Assembly (NCBI GenBank): GCA_964575955.1
Contig: CAZNTG010000006.1
Coordinates: forward strand, 384,001-448,000
Reading direction: 5' to 3'
DNA: 64,000 bases
Origin: an uncultured Thermoproteaceae archaeon
GTDB lineage: Archaea > Thermoproteota > Thermoprotei > Thermoproteales > Thermocladiaceae
A program made the translations under genes and the position numbers. Below are positions 10,370 to 21,318 of this stretch, piece after piece. Every line of letters begins with the position of its first letter. Within the stretch, counting starts at the first letter, position 1. Below the pieces are notes generated by a model, which was not told where the DNA came from, ran no database searches, and saw only the letters and a list, made by a program, of their open reading frames with translations.

Positions 10370-11778
10370 CCTCTAGTTAATTCCTCTAATCTTCTTCTCA
10401 ACTCATCTCTCTCCTTCTCAAGCTCTTCAACATATCTTCTTAATCTCTCAATCTCCTGCTTCTCCTGCATTAACCTATCTCTAAGTTCGATTAATGCACT
10501 TTCTCTAACGACTAGAGCTCTCTGATAGTTTATTAGCTCTCGCTCCTTCTCTAACAGCTTTCTTTCCCATTCAACAAGTCTTCTTTCTTCTTCTACAAGT
10601 TTTGTCATTAATGGTTCGATTTTTTCGAATAGTTCTTTCCTTCTCATACTTATCTCAGCATCTAACTTTCTAAGCTCCTCTTCACGCTTCTTCAACTCTT
10701 CTTCGATCTTCTCAATTTCCTGTTTCTTAGATTCAAGCTTCTGCTCTAGAATTTTCAACTCTTCTTCACGTCTCATAAGTTCAAGCTCTTTTTCAGCTAA
10801 CTCTCTCTCCTTCTTGAGTAGTTCTTCATATTTAGCTTTAATTTCTCCTTCCCTCTTCAATAATTCTCTAACACGTGCATTATCAGCTTCTAATCTAGCT
10901 GCTTCAATCTCTAGTCTTCTCTCAAGAGCTTTCAGGTTAGCTTCCCATTCTCTAAGCTTAGACTCCTTTTCTGAAAGTTCTCGCTCCTTCTCTATTAATC
11001 TACTTAAGGTTTCATCAAATTTCACTATCGTCTGTGACATTTGTGAAGATAAGTTTCTCAATTCTGAAAGCACGTTCCAAGATTCTGATAATCTCTTCTC
11101 TAATTCTTCAAGTCTTCTTCTGTCTTCTTCAATCTTCTGTCTCTCTCTTTCAATCTCCTCAGTCCTTATCCTAATCTCAGTCTCCTTCTCTGCTATTTGT
11201 CTAATCTTACTCTCAAATTCTGAATACTTCTGTAGTATCTCGTCTAGAGTCTGTTTAAGACCTTCAGATATTGAGCTTATCTTAATTATGTGTTCTGAAA
11301 CACTTTCCATCCTACTAAACGTATCTCTTAACTTCTCATCAAGTTGTGATAGTGTTGATGATATTGATTCAACACTAGTCTTAATACCTTCAAAACTTTG
11401 TGAAATATCTCTTGAAATGTTTGATAATGATGTATATGCTTCTGATAGCTTATTCATAATTTCTTTAAATGTGTTTGTTAAATTCTCTGTCAATTGTTTA
11501 AATGATTCTAAATATTGTGCAACACTTACAACTCTACTCTCAATATCTCTAACCATGTCGTTAATAAGTCTAACTAGATCTTGCAGAGTCTTGTCACTTC
11601 TACGTGATGCTTCTACTAGAGATTCTGCATATTTTTGAAGTATTGAAAGTCTGTTAGAGATGTCTGTTATAGTTGATATCTGAGTATTTGTTACGTTAAG
11701 AATCTCATCAAGACGATGAAGTATTGTGCCTATAGCAGTCTCTACATCTACTCTCCTACTACCTCTAAAAAATGACAT
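10366..11778 (-). CDS. long coiled-coil protein (470 aa)
   Basis: continuous heptads; E/R/K-rich 7-residue repeats in C-terminal half; almost no Pro or Gly. Confidence 0.85.
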   Translation of the reverse strand: MSFFRGSRRVDVETAIGTILHRLDEILNVTNTQISTITDISNRLSILQKYAESLVEASRRSDKTLQDLVRLINDMVRDIESRVVSVAQYLESFKQLTENLTNTFKEIMNKLSEAYTSLSNISRDISQSFEGIKTSVESISSTLSQLDEKLRDTFSRMESVSEHIIKISSISEGLKQTLDEILQKYSEFESKIRQIAEKETEIRIRTEEIERERQKIEEDRRRLEELEKRLSESWNVLSELRNLSSQMSQTIVKFDETLSRLIEKERELSEKESKLREWEANLKALERRLEIEAARLEADNARVRELLKREGEIKAKYEELLKKERELAEKELELMRREEELKILEQKLESKKQEIEKIEEELKKREEELRKLDAEISMRRKELFEKIEPLMTKLVEEERRLVEWERKLLEKERELINYQRALVVRESALIELRDRLMQEKQEIERLRRYVEELEKERDELRRRLEELTRG

Positions 11779-11819
11779 TCTCAGCTATATATGTGACATG
11801 AGGTATATAATACTTTTGT

Positions 11820-12335
11820 TCAAATGCTTTTTTGAGTAAATACTCTAGTTAGAACATCTTTAAGTGTATCAATAGATTCTCTTAACTTTCTAATTTCAAG
11901 TTTAATATCTTCTAAAAGTGTTAACATATCTTCTCTATACCTATTAATCTCATTTACAGCAGTCATAACTTTCTCTTCAACATCTTTCAAATATACTGTG
12001 AGGAGTGTCTTAACATCTCTGATATCTGTAGCATATGTTGACAAGTTTGTCATTAGTGAAGATATTGAATCTCTTATAGATGTTAAAAATTCTCTATGAG
12101 CTATTAGTGAAGTCTCTAATCTTCCAATAGATGTTGATAGTGATCTCAGGAATACAGAAACATCAGAAGACCTCTCTCTAGTCTGCACACCTGAAGATAG
12201 TTTTCTAACCTCATCTTGAACCTCTCTAATATTTTCACGTAATTCCTGTATAGACTTAGCCAATTCTTGAATAGTTCCAGAAAGTGTAGCTATATTTCTC
12301 AAAATTTCTTCTAAAAGTTCGATTGAAGATGACAT
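11820..12335 (-). CDS. coiled-coil protein
   Basis: heptad pattern throughout; internal ATG (MSSSIELLEE) likely start. Confidence 0.7.
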   Translation of the reverse strand: MSSSIELLEEILRNIATLSGTIQELAKSIQELRENIREVQDEVRKLSSGVQTRERSSDVSVFLRSLSTSIGRLETSLIAHREFLTSIRDSISSLMTNLSTYATDIRDVKTLLTVYLKDVEEKVMTAVNEINRYREDMLTLLEDIKLEIRKLRESIDTLKDVLTRVFTQKSI

Positions 12336-12373
12336 ATCTAGAATTTGAGATACTTGATATATAGATATTTCTA

Positions 12374-13378
12374 TCACTTTCTAGAAAATAGGAGCATAAT
12401 TTCATCAGGTATATCTCTATCAACTATGTATATAGTATCTCCACCTTGTCTATCTAGAACTCTGACATGTGGATTTTCTACATAATCTATAACTCTTCCA
12501 ATAATCTTAATCTCATCTTCAGGAACATACCTCTTGACAATCTCAACTACCTGATCAACATTCTTCTCATTAACTACTGCTAATAGACATCCTGAACTTA
12601 GAGATTTTAATGGATCTAGATTTACAATATTTAGAACTTTCTTAACATCTTCTCTAATCGGTATTTCTGATTTCCACAATTCTATACATGTTTTTGAAGC
12701 TTTGGAAATTTCAAAAACTCCTTGAATAATACCACCCTCAGTAGGGTCATGCATTGAATCTACATATGGAGTTATCTCTCTAGCTATCTGGACTACTGAA
12801 AGTTCTTTATAATAATTTTTAACTCTATCAATAACTTCACTATCAACGCTACCTAACACCCTCTCTGCAAAATCTGTAACAACTATCATAGATGCCTCTA
12901 TAGCGACACTTCTAATAGCTAGTAGTAGATCTCCAGGTTTTGCATTTGCTGTAGATATCGGTCTAATACTTGTGCCAATACATGTAGATACTATTATTGG
13001 TCTGTCAATACCTGGACAATACTCTGTATGACCACCAACTATGTCTATATTTAACATATTACATGCATCATTAATTTGTCTAAATATCTTCTCAATACCA
13101 TCTTCAGGATATTTTTCAGGAAGTAGTATACATGTACTAATCCATCTAGGATCACCACCCTGAACTGCAACATCGTTAGATGGTACAACAACACTAAGCC
13201 AACCTGCTAGAGATGTTGATCCAGTTATTGGGTCAGTATGAACAACTATGTATGGTATACCTCTAACATCTATTATTGATGCATCTTCACCAATTTTAGG
13301 ACCTAGAATACATCTTACATCACCTCTATGTACAATACCTATCAATTTTTCTAGAAGGTTACTCTCAAGCTTAACCAC
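12374..13378 (-). CDS. AIR synthase-related (HypE/PurM-like) protein
   Basis: GEDA, HTDPITG, NDVA, GGHTE, HDPTEGG, SSGCLL. Confidence 0.85.
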   Translation of the reverse strand: MVKLESNLLEKLIGIVHRGDVRCILGPKIGEDASIIDVRGIPYIVVHTDPITGSTSLAGWLSVVVPSNDVAVQGGDPRWISTCILLPEKYPEDGIEKIFRQINDACNMLNIDIVGGHTEYCPGIDRPIIVSTCIGTSIRPISTANAKPGDLLLAIRSVAIEASMIVVTDFAERVLGSVDSEVIDRVKNYYKELSVVQIAREITPYVDSMHDPTEGGIIQGVFEISKASKTCIELWKSEIPIREDVKKVLNIVNLDPLKSLSSGCLLAVVNEKNVDQVVEIVKRYVPEDEIKIIGRVIDYVENPHVRVLDRQGGDTIYIVDRDIPDEIMLLFSRK

Positions 13379-13418
13379 ATCTACATATATAAATGTTTAA
13401 CTATTTTAGAGTTAAGTA

Positions 13419-14126
13419 ATGAACTACATATCACAGAAGGCTGTTGTTAAAACTAAATACATATCTAGAAATGTCATGATATTTGGAAGAACTTATATAG
13501 GATATAGATGTATAATCTACCCAAATGTTATTATAGGACTACCTGTGAGAAGTAAGATTTTGAATATAGATTTAGAAAAGTTTGAAAGTATTGAAGAATT
13601 TTTTGATAATGTTAGTGAGGGATCTACTATAGGTGATAATACTATAATTAGATCTGGATGTATAATATATGAACGTGTTAAGATTGGTAATAATGTGGAG
13701 TTTGGACATAATGTTCTTGTTAGAGAAAATGTAGAAATTGGAGATAATTGTAAAATTGGTAGTTATGTAATTCTCGACTCAGATATTAAGATTGGTAATA
13801 ATGTAGTTATACAAAGTGGTGTGTACATACCTAAAGGTGTTGTAATAGAAGATGACGTATTTATAGGTCCATGTACAGTATTTACAAATGATAAGTATCC
13901 TCCAAGCAGGAAGCTTGTAGGTTCTAGAGTATGTAGAGGATCTATACTAGGTGCTGGATGTGTAGTACTTCCAGGTGTTAGAATTGGTGAGTATTCTGTT
14001 GTTGGTGCTGGTTCTATAGTTTCTAGAGATGTTCCTGATAAATGTGTTGTGTATGGTATACCTGCTAGAGTAGTCTATACCTATGAGGAGTATTTGAGAA
14101 AGAGGAAGATCTACGAGATGTCTTAA
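13419..14126 (+). CDS. left-handed beta-helix acyltransferase
   Basis: hexapeptide repeats, FTNDKYP, GAGSIVSRDVP...YGIPAR. Confidence 0.9.
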   Translation: MNYISQKAVVKTKYISRNVMIFGRTYIGYRCIIYPNVIIGLPVRSKILNIDLEKFESIEEFFDNVSEGSTIGDNTIIRSGCIIYERVKIGNNVEFGHNVLVRENVEIGDNCKIGSYVILDSDIKIGNNVVIQSGVYIPKGVVIEDDVFIGPCTVFTNDKYPPSRKLVGSRVCRGSILGAGCVVLPGVRIGEYSVVGAGSIVSRDVPDKCVVYGIPARVVYTYEEYLRKRKIYEMS

Positions 14127-14145
14127 GTATACGTTTACTACACGT

Positions 14146-14616
14146 CTACTTCTTTTCTTGAGATTGTTCTCCAATAACAATTACTTCTCTAGCTTTCTGC
14201 TTAGCTTCCTGTAATTTTCTTAAGAATTCTTCTCTAGCTTTTCTAATTCTTTCAATCATCTCTCTTCTCCTTGGATCTGATAGATCGAGATCAACTATAA
14301 CCACTTTAGATGGGTGGATTGGGTAGTACACTACTTCACCGTTAGCTTTTCTTAAAGTTGCACCTTCAACATATATTCTATATCTCTTCAAGTCTACTCT
14401 AATCACCTTACCTTTAACACCTTTGAAATCTCCTCTAACAATCAGTACTGTATCACCCTTCCTGACAGGTAGTCTCTTAATTCCATATTGCTTCTGAAGC
14501 TCTTTAGATAGTGGTGCTACCATGAGCTTCTGTCTCTTATGTAGTGGTGCGTTGTATAGTGCTTTCCTCTGCTTCCTAGGTTGACTAGACTTTACCCAGT
14601 TTATCATGTTTCTCAA
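14146..14616 (-). CDS. rpl24: 50S ribosomal protein uL24
   Basis: [39 protein letters not shown]. Confidence 0.97.
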   Translation of the reverse strand: MRNMINWVKSSQPRKQRKALYNAPLHKRQKLMVAPLSKELQKQYGIKRLPVRKGDTVLIVRGDFKGVKGKVIRVDLKRYRIYVEGATLRKANGEVVYYPIHPSKVVIVDLDLSDPRRREMIERIRKAREEFLRKLQEAKQKAREVIVIGEQSQEKK

Positions 14617-14712
14617 CTTGAATGTCTTATTGGATTATTAAACTTTAGTCTACACATTCAACTTCAAGTAGAATGACTTATAAGTAGGAAAGTACATACC
14701 ACATACTTACCA

Positions 14713-15273
14713 ATGAGTAGTGATGTAGTATTACCAGGAGATGAGCTATGTGTAATTGAGGAATTCCTACCTGGAAGATACGCATATGCAGATGATAGAG
14801 GTATTGTCAGGTCAAGTGTTGTTGGTCTAGTTAAAAGAGACTTAAAATCTCACGATATTGATGTCATTCCAGTAAGAGGTAAACTCTTACTATCTTATGG
14901 AGATGTTGTGTATGGTAAGGTTGTAGCTATGTTAAACGAGAAAGTTGCCGTAGTTAAGATATGTGCTATACATGGTGATAATGGTAAGTTGGTAAGTCTA
15001 AAATATACATATACAGGTCTTCTACATATATCACAGATAAGTGATCAACCAATATCAACAATAAGAGAAGTATTAGGTATTGGAGATGTTGTTAGAGCAA
15101 GAATAATATCTAGATGGGGACCACCATACCTAATATCGATAAAATCTCAAAATCTTGGTGTAATATATGCAATATGCCCAACCTGTCATGTAGAAGCTAG
15201 AAGGAGAAATAGATTTTTCCAATGTCCATCATGTGGACAAGTTCTTAAACGTAAAGTTCCCATAACAGACTAG
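14713..15273 (+). CDS. csl4: exosome RNA-binding subunit Csl4
   Basis: VLPGD.L.VIEEFLPG, S1 domain, LGVIYA.CP.C...CP.CG...RK zinc ribbon. Confidence 0.95.
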   Translation: MSSDVVLPGDELCVIEEFLPGRYAYADDRGIVRSSVVGLVKRDLKSHDIDVIPVRGKLLLSYGDVVYGKVVAMLNEKVAVVKICAIHGDNGKLVSLKYTYTGLLHISQISDQPISTIREVLGIGDVVRARIISRWGPPYLISIKSQNLGVIYAICPTCHVEARRRNRFFQCPSCGQVLKRKVPITD

Positions 15274-15284
15274 AAGTGTAGATA

Positions 15285-16112
15285 ATGAGTAGACAGAAGT
15301 ACTACTATAAAAGTATAAAATTAACATTTGGAAGTAATGAAGAGGTAGTTAAGTTTCTAGAATTAATATCTAGAAAAATTAAAGTATTTCAAATGTATGC
15401 AAGAACTAGAGGTAGTAATAATGTTGAACTAATACTTCTAGGAGATCCATATGAAGTTAATCTAGCAATTTCAGAAATTAGAAAAATTGCAAAAATTGTG
15501 AAAGAAATGTATAGAAAGGTTAGAGGATTAGCAACATACGACCAGAGAATAATATTAGACACAGCTAAGCTAGAAGCTGCGATACCTCTAGATGTTGCTT
15601 ATAGAGTATTAGAATTTCTTGGATATCGTGTAGAGACTACTAGAGATGGTAAGTTACGTACAGATGCAACACTTAGAGAAATTGTAAATGTTGTAGAACA
15701 AGTATCTAGATTGTATAAAGAGATGATGGATATGGACATAACACCACAAGCTAAGAGAATAATAGCTATATATAGCATAGTTATGGATAGAGATATTGAT
15801 GAAGCAATATCAGATTTATTAAAATTTGAACTATTGAAAATATTTGAGAGTGAAGAACGTAAATTAATAGTCTTAGCATATAGTTATGAGAAAGCTCTAG
15901 AGAAACTTAAAGAAATTATAGCTAAAATTAAAGAGAAACCTGAACTACTTGAACATAAGGTTGAGATTGTTGAAAAAGTTGAAGAGGAAGAAGAGGAATA
16001 TGAGAAAATTCAGGAAATTAAAAAGAAAATTCTTGGTGAAAATGAGATTAAGCTTGAAGATATTGTAGAGTTTAGAGAATCTGATAAGGAGGGTAGTGAA
16101 GGTAGAGAGTAA
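15285..16112 (+). CDS. DUF2067-like conserved archaeal protein
   Basis: size and position between csl4 and rpoL; IPLD, ITPQAKRII pattern. Confidence 0.7.
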   Translation: MSRQKYYYKSIKLTFGSNEEVVKFLELISRKIKVFQMYARTRGSNNVELILLGDPYEVNLAISEIRKIAKIVKEMYRKVRGLATYDQRIILDTAKLEAAIPLDVAYRVLEFLGYRVETTRDGKLRTDATLREIVNVVEQVSRLYKEMMDMDITPQAKRIIAIYSIVMDRDIDEAISDLLKFELLKIFESEERKLIVLAYSYEKALEKLKEIIAKIKEKPELLEHKVEIVEKVEEEEEEYEKIQEIKKKILGENEIKLEDIVEFRESDKEGSEGRE

Positions 16113-16143
16113 GTACTTTAAGGATCGTTTATCTATCTAACAC

Positions 16144-16419
16144 ATGTTAACAATATCCATAGTTAAGTATGAGAAGAATTATCTAGAACTTCAAGTTAAA
16201 GGTGAGACACATACATTATTTGCCCCTCTAATCGAATATCTACTTAAACATCCTGATGTTGAATACGCAATGTATGATGTTGATCATCCACTTCTACAGA
16301 ATGTTAAGTTTAGATTAAAAACTAAGAGTAGAGATCCTGTTGAGGTTATTAAGGAAGTTGTTAAACAAATTTTAAATGATGTAGACACATTAAAAGAAGC
16401 TATTCTAAGTCAACTATGA
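16144..16419 (+). CDS. rpoL: RNA polymerase subunit L (Rpo11)
   Basis: GETHTL, VEYA.Y...HPL. Confidence 0.95.
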   Translation: MLTISIVKYEKNYLELQVKGETHTLFAPLIEYLLKHPDVEYAMYDVDHPLLQNVKFRLKTKSRDPVEVIKEVVKQILNDVDTLKEAILSQL

Positions 16420-16961
16420 TCCGTGTCGCAGTTGGTTCGAAAAATCCTTCTAAAATTGAAGGTGTTAGAAGAGCTTATGAATATCTAGGTATCGATGTTG
16501 AGATAATTCCTATTGAAGCACGTAGTGGTGTATCTAGACAACCAAAATCTATCGAAGAGACTGTCAAAGGTGCTTTAAATAGAGTACTATACTCTAGAAA
16601 TGTTGTAGATGCTGATGAGTATGTTGGTGTTGAGTCAGGACTTATGTATATACCGTACGTTGACAGAGTTGTAGATGTTACTGTTGCTATTATTGCAGAT
16701 AGAAATTTGAGAATTAGTATTGGTCTAAGTCCTGCATTTGAAATACCTCCAGACATAGTTAGAAGATTGTATGGTGAAGATTTAGAACTTGAAGATATCG
16801 TAGTTGAAATATCGGGAATTGAGAATATTGGTGAGAAAGGAGGTTTCATAAGTTATCTAACAGGAGGTAAGTATGAACGTAGTGAACTTGTTAGACAGGC
16901 AGTACTCATGGCTTTGACTCCAAGATTAAGCCCTATAAAAAGAATGTACAGGTTGGAGTAG
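16416..16961 (+). CDS. yjjX: inosine/xanthosine triphosphatase
   Basis: VGSKNP.K, SGVS.QP, ET..GA.NR, GVESG. Confidence 0.9.
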   Translation: MIRVAVGSKNPSKIEGVRRAYEYLGIDVEIIPIEARSGVSRQPKSIEETVKGALNRVLYSRNVVDADEYVGVESGLMYIPYVDRVVDVTVAIIADRNLRISIGLSPAFEIPPDIVRRLYGEDLELEDIVVEISGIENIGEKGGFISYLTGGKYERSELVRQAVLMALTPRLSPIKRMYRLE

Positions 16962-17064
16962 TGCAATACTTTTAATGGTGAGTGGTATTTAAATCGTTCG
17001 CTTGATAACCCATTGAGATTAACGACACTATGCTTATAAGAGCACTAATACTCAGTTATGTCAT

Positions 17065-17568
17065 ATGTGGAGTAGAATAGCAAAATACTTCATAAACTAT
17101 CCAGCACGTGCAAGAGTGGCTAGACTTCTCTTCGAGAGAGGCTTTCAGGTAAAAGAACCCTACAGAGTAGTCAGTGGTAATATAGAGATTCCACATACAC
17201 AGATAGCTAAAGAGGTAGGTGTTGATAGAAGAGTTGTTAGAGAAACTGTAGAGATGATACTTGCAAATGAAGAACTTAGAAAGATATTTGAAAATCTTAG
17301 ACAGGTATGTCTTCTCTCTGAAGTTGCTAGATACCTCAACATGGATACTATAGTCATAGTTCCTGAAGATGCTAAAAAGCCAGGAATAATATCAGAAGTA
17401 ACTTTGAGAATATCTAAGAAGGGTTTAAGCATTAGACAACTATTTGCTGAAGATCCTGAAGCATCAGAAGAACCAAAACTCATAATTGTAGTTGATGGTA
17501 GAGTACCACCTGACTTAATAAGTGAATTACGATCAATGCCAGGAATAGCAAGAGTCATACTACAGTAA
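17065..17568 (+). CDS. HTH plus ACT domain regulator of amino acid metabolism
   Basis: IA...GVDRRVV HTH, PGIISEV...I......IRQ ACT domain. Confidence 0.85.
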   Translation: MWSRIAKYFINYPARARVARLLFERGFQVKEPYRVVSGNIEIPHTQIAKEVGVDRRVVRETVEMILANEELRKIFENLRQVCLLSEVARYLNMDTIVIVPEDAKKPGIISEVTLRISKKGLSIRQLFAEDPEASEEPKLIIVVDGRVPPDLISELRSMPGIARVILQ

Positions 17569-17613
17569 CGTAGAGTGGGTAGAGATAGGTAACGTACATA
17601 TTCAACATATAGT

Positions 17614-20475
17614 CTACTTATTCCAAAATCTTCTTGTTTTTACATACTCCCTCTCAGCTTCTACAATAAGCATGAATAGTTCTTCATCAGATTTAGCTTT
17701 AGAAAGTACTTTCCTAATAGCAGTTCCTGCACCAATACCATGTGCTGAAAGTGCATATAGCCCTCTCTTACCATATTGTAGAATTACGTTAGCCCTCTCT
17801 TTCAACTCCTTAAATATCTTCTCTTCTTCACTAGTCAACTTCTGCTTTATCTTAACTTTATTAAGAATTTTCAAAACCTTATCTAAACTCTCATCTCTAT
17901 ATTTCAACATCGTTATAATTCTCATACCACAGACAGGACAGTACAGATCATCAGGAACATACTTCAACTTACCTTGAAAAGTCCAACCACATTTCAGACA
18001 TATTAATGTTATCTCTCTTTCTTCAAGTCTCTTCTTTACAAGTTCAATAATTAGACTTTTTGGAATACTTGTAAATGTAAATTCAAGTCTTGAATATAGT
18101 ACTTCCTCTGAAAGTGCTAGTAGTGAAAGTTCATCTCTTCTATCAATAACAACATCTACATAACCACTCCTGATATCTCTTATAAGTTTTAGTAATGCAT
18201 TATGATCAACCTTATCTACAAGTATCTCTCTAATAGTCTCATCTTCAATAATAGTATTTCTAAACATTTCACATATCTTATATGGATTTACTTCACTAAT
18301 CTTATCTCTAGATACTACTCCAAATCTACGAGCTACATGTACAATCCTATATTTAAACAATTTACTACTCTTAATAGCTTCTATAAGTGTTTTCATAACA
18401 TTATCCTCATCTTCTCTAAATGCTGATAATATTATATCTGGATTAAATGGTTTTGAAAATATTAATATTACTCTATATGGATCTGACCTATATGCAACAC
18501 CTATAAGATACTTCTGATTTAGATACTTTGTAAGGTATAGTCCAAGTGCTTCATTACCTTTACTACCAAGTCCAACATGAATTACGGCAATTCTACTACT
18601 ACACTCGATAACTATCCTATCTCTCCTAGGTATAACAATTTTAGAATCTTTAATCTTCTTTACATAATCTTTAACATATTCTATAAACTGTCTCTCAATT
18701 ATAAGTCTAGGATTATCTACATACTTTCTCAATATATTGTCAATATCTTCAGGATTTTCTAATAATCTAGCTCTTAAATCAACAACTTCTTGAGCAATTT
18801 CATATGGTACTGGTATCTCTTCACCAATCCATGCAGGTATTGCACCATGAATATCAGATACTGGCTCTATATATACTATCTTTTCGCTTGTATTAACATC
18901 TACAAGTCTCCAAACTCTACCACCAAGAACTATGTGAGTTCCAAGTTCTATAGACATTACAAATTCAGCATCAAGTTCACCAATCTTCTTCCTACTTACA
19001 ATATCTATTGCACTATACTTAACTTCATCAGGTATTGTTGAAGCATTTTCAATATAGTATATGTATGATCCTCTTCTAGGTTTAACATAATTATCTTCAA
19101 TCTTTACATAACCTCTCTCTTCTAAAAATCTTAAAACTCTAATAATATCTTCAACTGTTATATTTCTATATGGATGTGCTCTTCTAACAATATTATATAT
19201 ATCTTCAATTGTCACATTCTTATTATCAAGTCTTGATTCTAGTACAATTCCAACTATTTGATGTGAAAGTACATCAAGAGCTTTCTCATGATATTCTACA
19301 TCTTTTTCTAAATATCCTTCAACAGCTTTCTTAGCTATCACAAGACTTTCTAGAGAGTCATCTAGATCTGACGTTATTACTAGTCCTTCAGAAACTTCAC
19401 CAATCTTATGCCTACTCCTACCAACTCTCTGTACTAGTCTTGTAACTTGTCTAGGACTCATATATTGCATTACTAAGTCTATTGTTCCAATATCTATACC
19501 CAGTTCTAGACTTGAAGTTGCAATAACTAGTCTAACTTCACCATTTCTAAGTTTTTTCTCCAAACTTTCTCTCTCTTCTCTACTTAAAGATCCATGATAT
19601 ACTCCTATAGGATTTCTTGTTAATCTCTGTAATCTACTTCCTAGAAGTTCTGCTGTATCTCTAGTATTTGTGAAGAGTAGTACTGATTTTCTATTTTCAA
19701 TCTCTTCAACTATCTTTCTAAGTCTAGCTATAACGTCTGGATGAATTTTCAATTCTTCACTAATTCTATAATCCTCCTCTCTTGGTATTGGTCTATCTAT
19801 TCTTACTCTAAGATCTTTATGTCCTGATATAGATATGATTTTACATTTTCTAAAACTTCCAGCTATGTATTGAGCTGCTAACTCAACATTACCCACTGTT
19901 GCTGAAAGTCCAATTCTCTGAAAACCACCTGTCAATTCTGTAAGTCTCTCTAAAGTTATTGAGAGTTGAACACCTCTCTTATCATTTATAAGTTCATGAA
20001 CTTCATCAACTATTACAAATCTCACATTTCTTAACCATCTACGCATCTTAGGTGCTACAAGTAGAAATTGTAATGTTTCAGGTGTTGTTACTAATATATG
20101 AGGTGGTTCTTCACTCTGTCTTCTTCTCTCACTTTCAGGAGTATCTCCATGTCTAATACTCATTTTAAAATTAAGTCTTTTACAAATATTACTAATTCTA
20201 ACATATATATCTCTATTCAATGCTCTCATTGGTGTTATATATAGAACTTTAATACCTCTCAAATCTTTATTAAAATCTCTAAACTCTAACAACCTACTCA
20301 AGATTGGAAATATTGCAGCTTCAGTCTTTCCAGTTCCTGTTGGTGCTGTAATAAGAACATTATGACCCCTTAATACTACAGGTATAGCCTCTACCTGTAC
20401 TGGCGTTGGCTCTACATATCCAAACTCTTTGATAACTCTTCTCAAGTCTGGATGTAGAAGTTCAAATACATTCAT
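17614..20475 (-). CDS. Lhr-family DEAD/H helicase
   Basis: APTGTGKTEAA, HGDTP, DEVHEL, SATV, TSSLELGIDIG, QRVGRS. Confidence 0.95.
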   Translation of the reverse strand: MNVFELLHPDLRRVIKEFGYVEPTPVQVEAIPVVLRGHNVLITAPTGTGKTEAAIFPILSRLLEFRDFNKDLRGIKVLYITPMRALNRDIYVRISNICKRLNFKMSIRHGDTPESERRRQSEEPPHILVTTPETLQFLLVAPKMRRWLRNVRFVIVDEVHELINDKRGVQLSITLERLTELTGGFQRIGLSATVGNVELAAQYIAGSFRKCKIISISGHKDLRVRIDRPIPREEDYRISEELKIHPDVIARLRKIVEEIENRKSVLLFTNTRDTAELLGSRLQRLTRNPIGVYHGSLSREERESLEKKLRNGEVRLVIATSSLELGIDIGTIDLVMQYMSPRQVTRLVQRVGRSRHKIGEVSEGLVITSDLDDSLESLVIAKKAVEGYLEKDVEYHEKALDVLSHQIVGIVLESRLDNKNVTIEDIYNIVRRAHPYRNITVEDIIRVLRFLEERGYVKIEDNYVKPRRGSYIYYIENASTIPDEVKYSAIDIVSRKKIGELDAEFVMSIELGTHIVLGGRVWRLVDVNTSEKIVYIEPVSDIHGAIPAWIGEEIPVPYEIAQEVVDLRARLLENPEDIDNILRKYVDNPRLIIERQFIEYVKDYVKKIKDSKIVIPRRDRIVIECSSRIAVIHVGLGSKGNEALGLYLTKYLNQKYLIGVAYRSDPYRVILIFSKPFNPDIILSAFREDEDNVMKTLIEAIKSSKLFKYRIVHVARRFGVVSRDKISEVNPYKICEMFRNTIIEDETIREILVDKVDHNALLKLIRDIRSGYVDVVIDRRDELSLLALSEEVLYSRLEFTFTSIPKSLIIELVKKRLEEREITLICLKCGWTFQGKLKYVPDDLYCPVCGMRIITMLKYRDESLDKVLKILNKVKIKQKLTSEEEKIFKELKERANVILQYGKRGLYALSAHGIGAGTAIRKVLSKAKSDEELFMLIVEAEREYVKTRRFWNK

Positions 20476-21317
20476 AATTTTGGCACATGATCACCATATA
20501 TCTTTCTCATATTTTCAACACATATCACATATATAAGTTCTCTATCAAGTTTTTGCAATTTTCTAGCTAATGACCATGGTGGTATTACAGCTCCCGGTCT
20601 TTTTGGATCATCGAGATAATCACTTTCAGGAACGTATAATGGTCTACATCTTAATGCATCTTCAAAATCTTGTCTCTTTCCTACAGGTATTGATGGTACG
20701 AGTTTTCTATTCCATGCTTCTTCTATTATTATTGCTTCAGCATGATGAATAACTACACTATAATCTCTATTACCGATAGTATGTACAATATTTGAAATAT
20801 ATTCTAAAGTTTTCATACCATTTCTATCAAGGTGTAGATGTACTGGTACATCTAGATCTTTAGCATATTGTAAACATATTTTTAAAACTTCTTCATGAAT
20901 TTTTAAATCTCTCTCAGAAACATTCCAGTGAGGTCTACCTACTTCTCCAATGCCGTGAGCTTCACCATTTTTAATATGTTTTTCTATAATTCTTAAGCAT
21001 CTATATACGAAGTCTATAATCTTATCTAAACTCCATCCATCATCTATCATTTTTTGAATTTCTGCAGGATGAATACCTAACATGCATATAGCTTTAACAT
21101 CTTCACTATTAAATATTCTACATGATTTTATAGTAATTTCATAAAGTTTTTCAAAACTTTCAATCTTCATAGGTTCTAAATCTAGACTCCATGTTAATAA
21201 TGATACAATTACTGCAAATTTACCACCTTCCTTTCTAAATCTTCTAGCTACTTCTTGAGGTCCTAATCCTCTTATAGGATTTACATGTAGATGATTGTCT
21301 GATATGAATATGTCCAT
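20472..21317 (-). CDS. TatD-family metal-dependent hydrolase
   Basis: D.HLH, GIHPAE, IGEVGRPH, ESDYLDDPKRPGAV. Confidence 0.9.
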   Translation of the reverse strand: MDIFISDNHLHVNPIRGLGPQEVARRFRKEGGKFAVIVSLLTWSLDLEPMKIESFEKLYEITIKSCRIFNSEDVKAICMLGIHPAEIQKMIDDGWSLDKIIDFVYRCLRIIEKHIKNGEAHGIGEVGRPHWNVSERDLKIHEEVLKICLQYAKDLDVPVHLHLDRNGMKTLEYISNIVHTIGNRDYSVVIHHAEAIIIEEAWNRKLVPSIPVGKRQDFEDALRCRPLYVPESDYLDDPKRPGAVIPPWSLARKLQKLDRELIYVICVENMRKIYGDHVPKL

Positions 21318-21318
21318 T

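Noticed and set aside
10814-11638. 274-aa Ser/Leu-rich + strand ORF
   Set aside because: Antisense shadow of the E/R/K-rich coiled-coil gene
14146-14616. Stand-alone rpl24 outside a ribosomal protein operon
   Set aside because: Dispersed ribosomal protein genes are expected in Thermoproteales-like genomes
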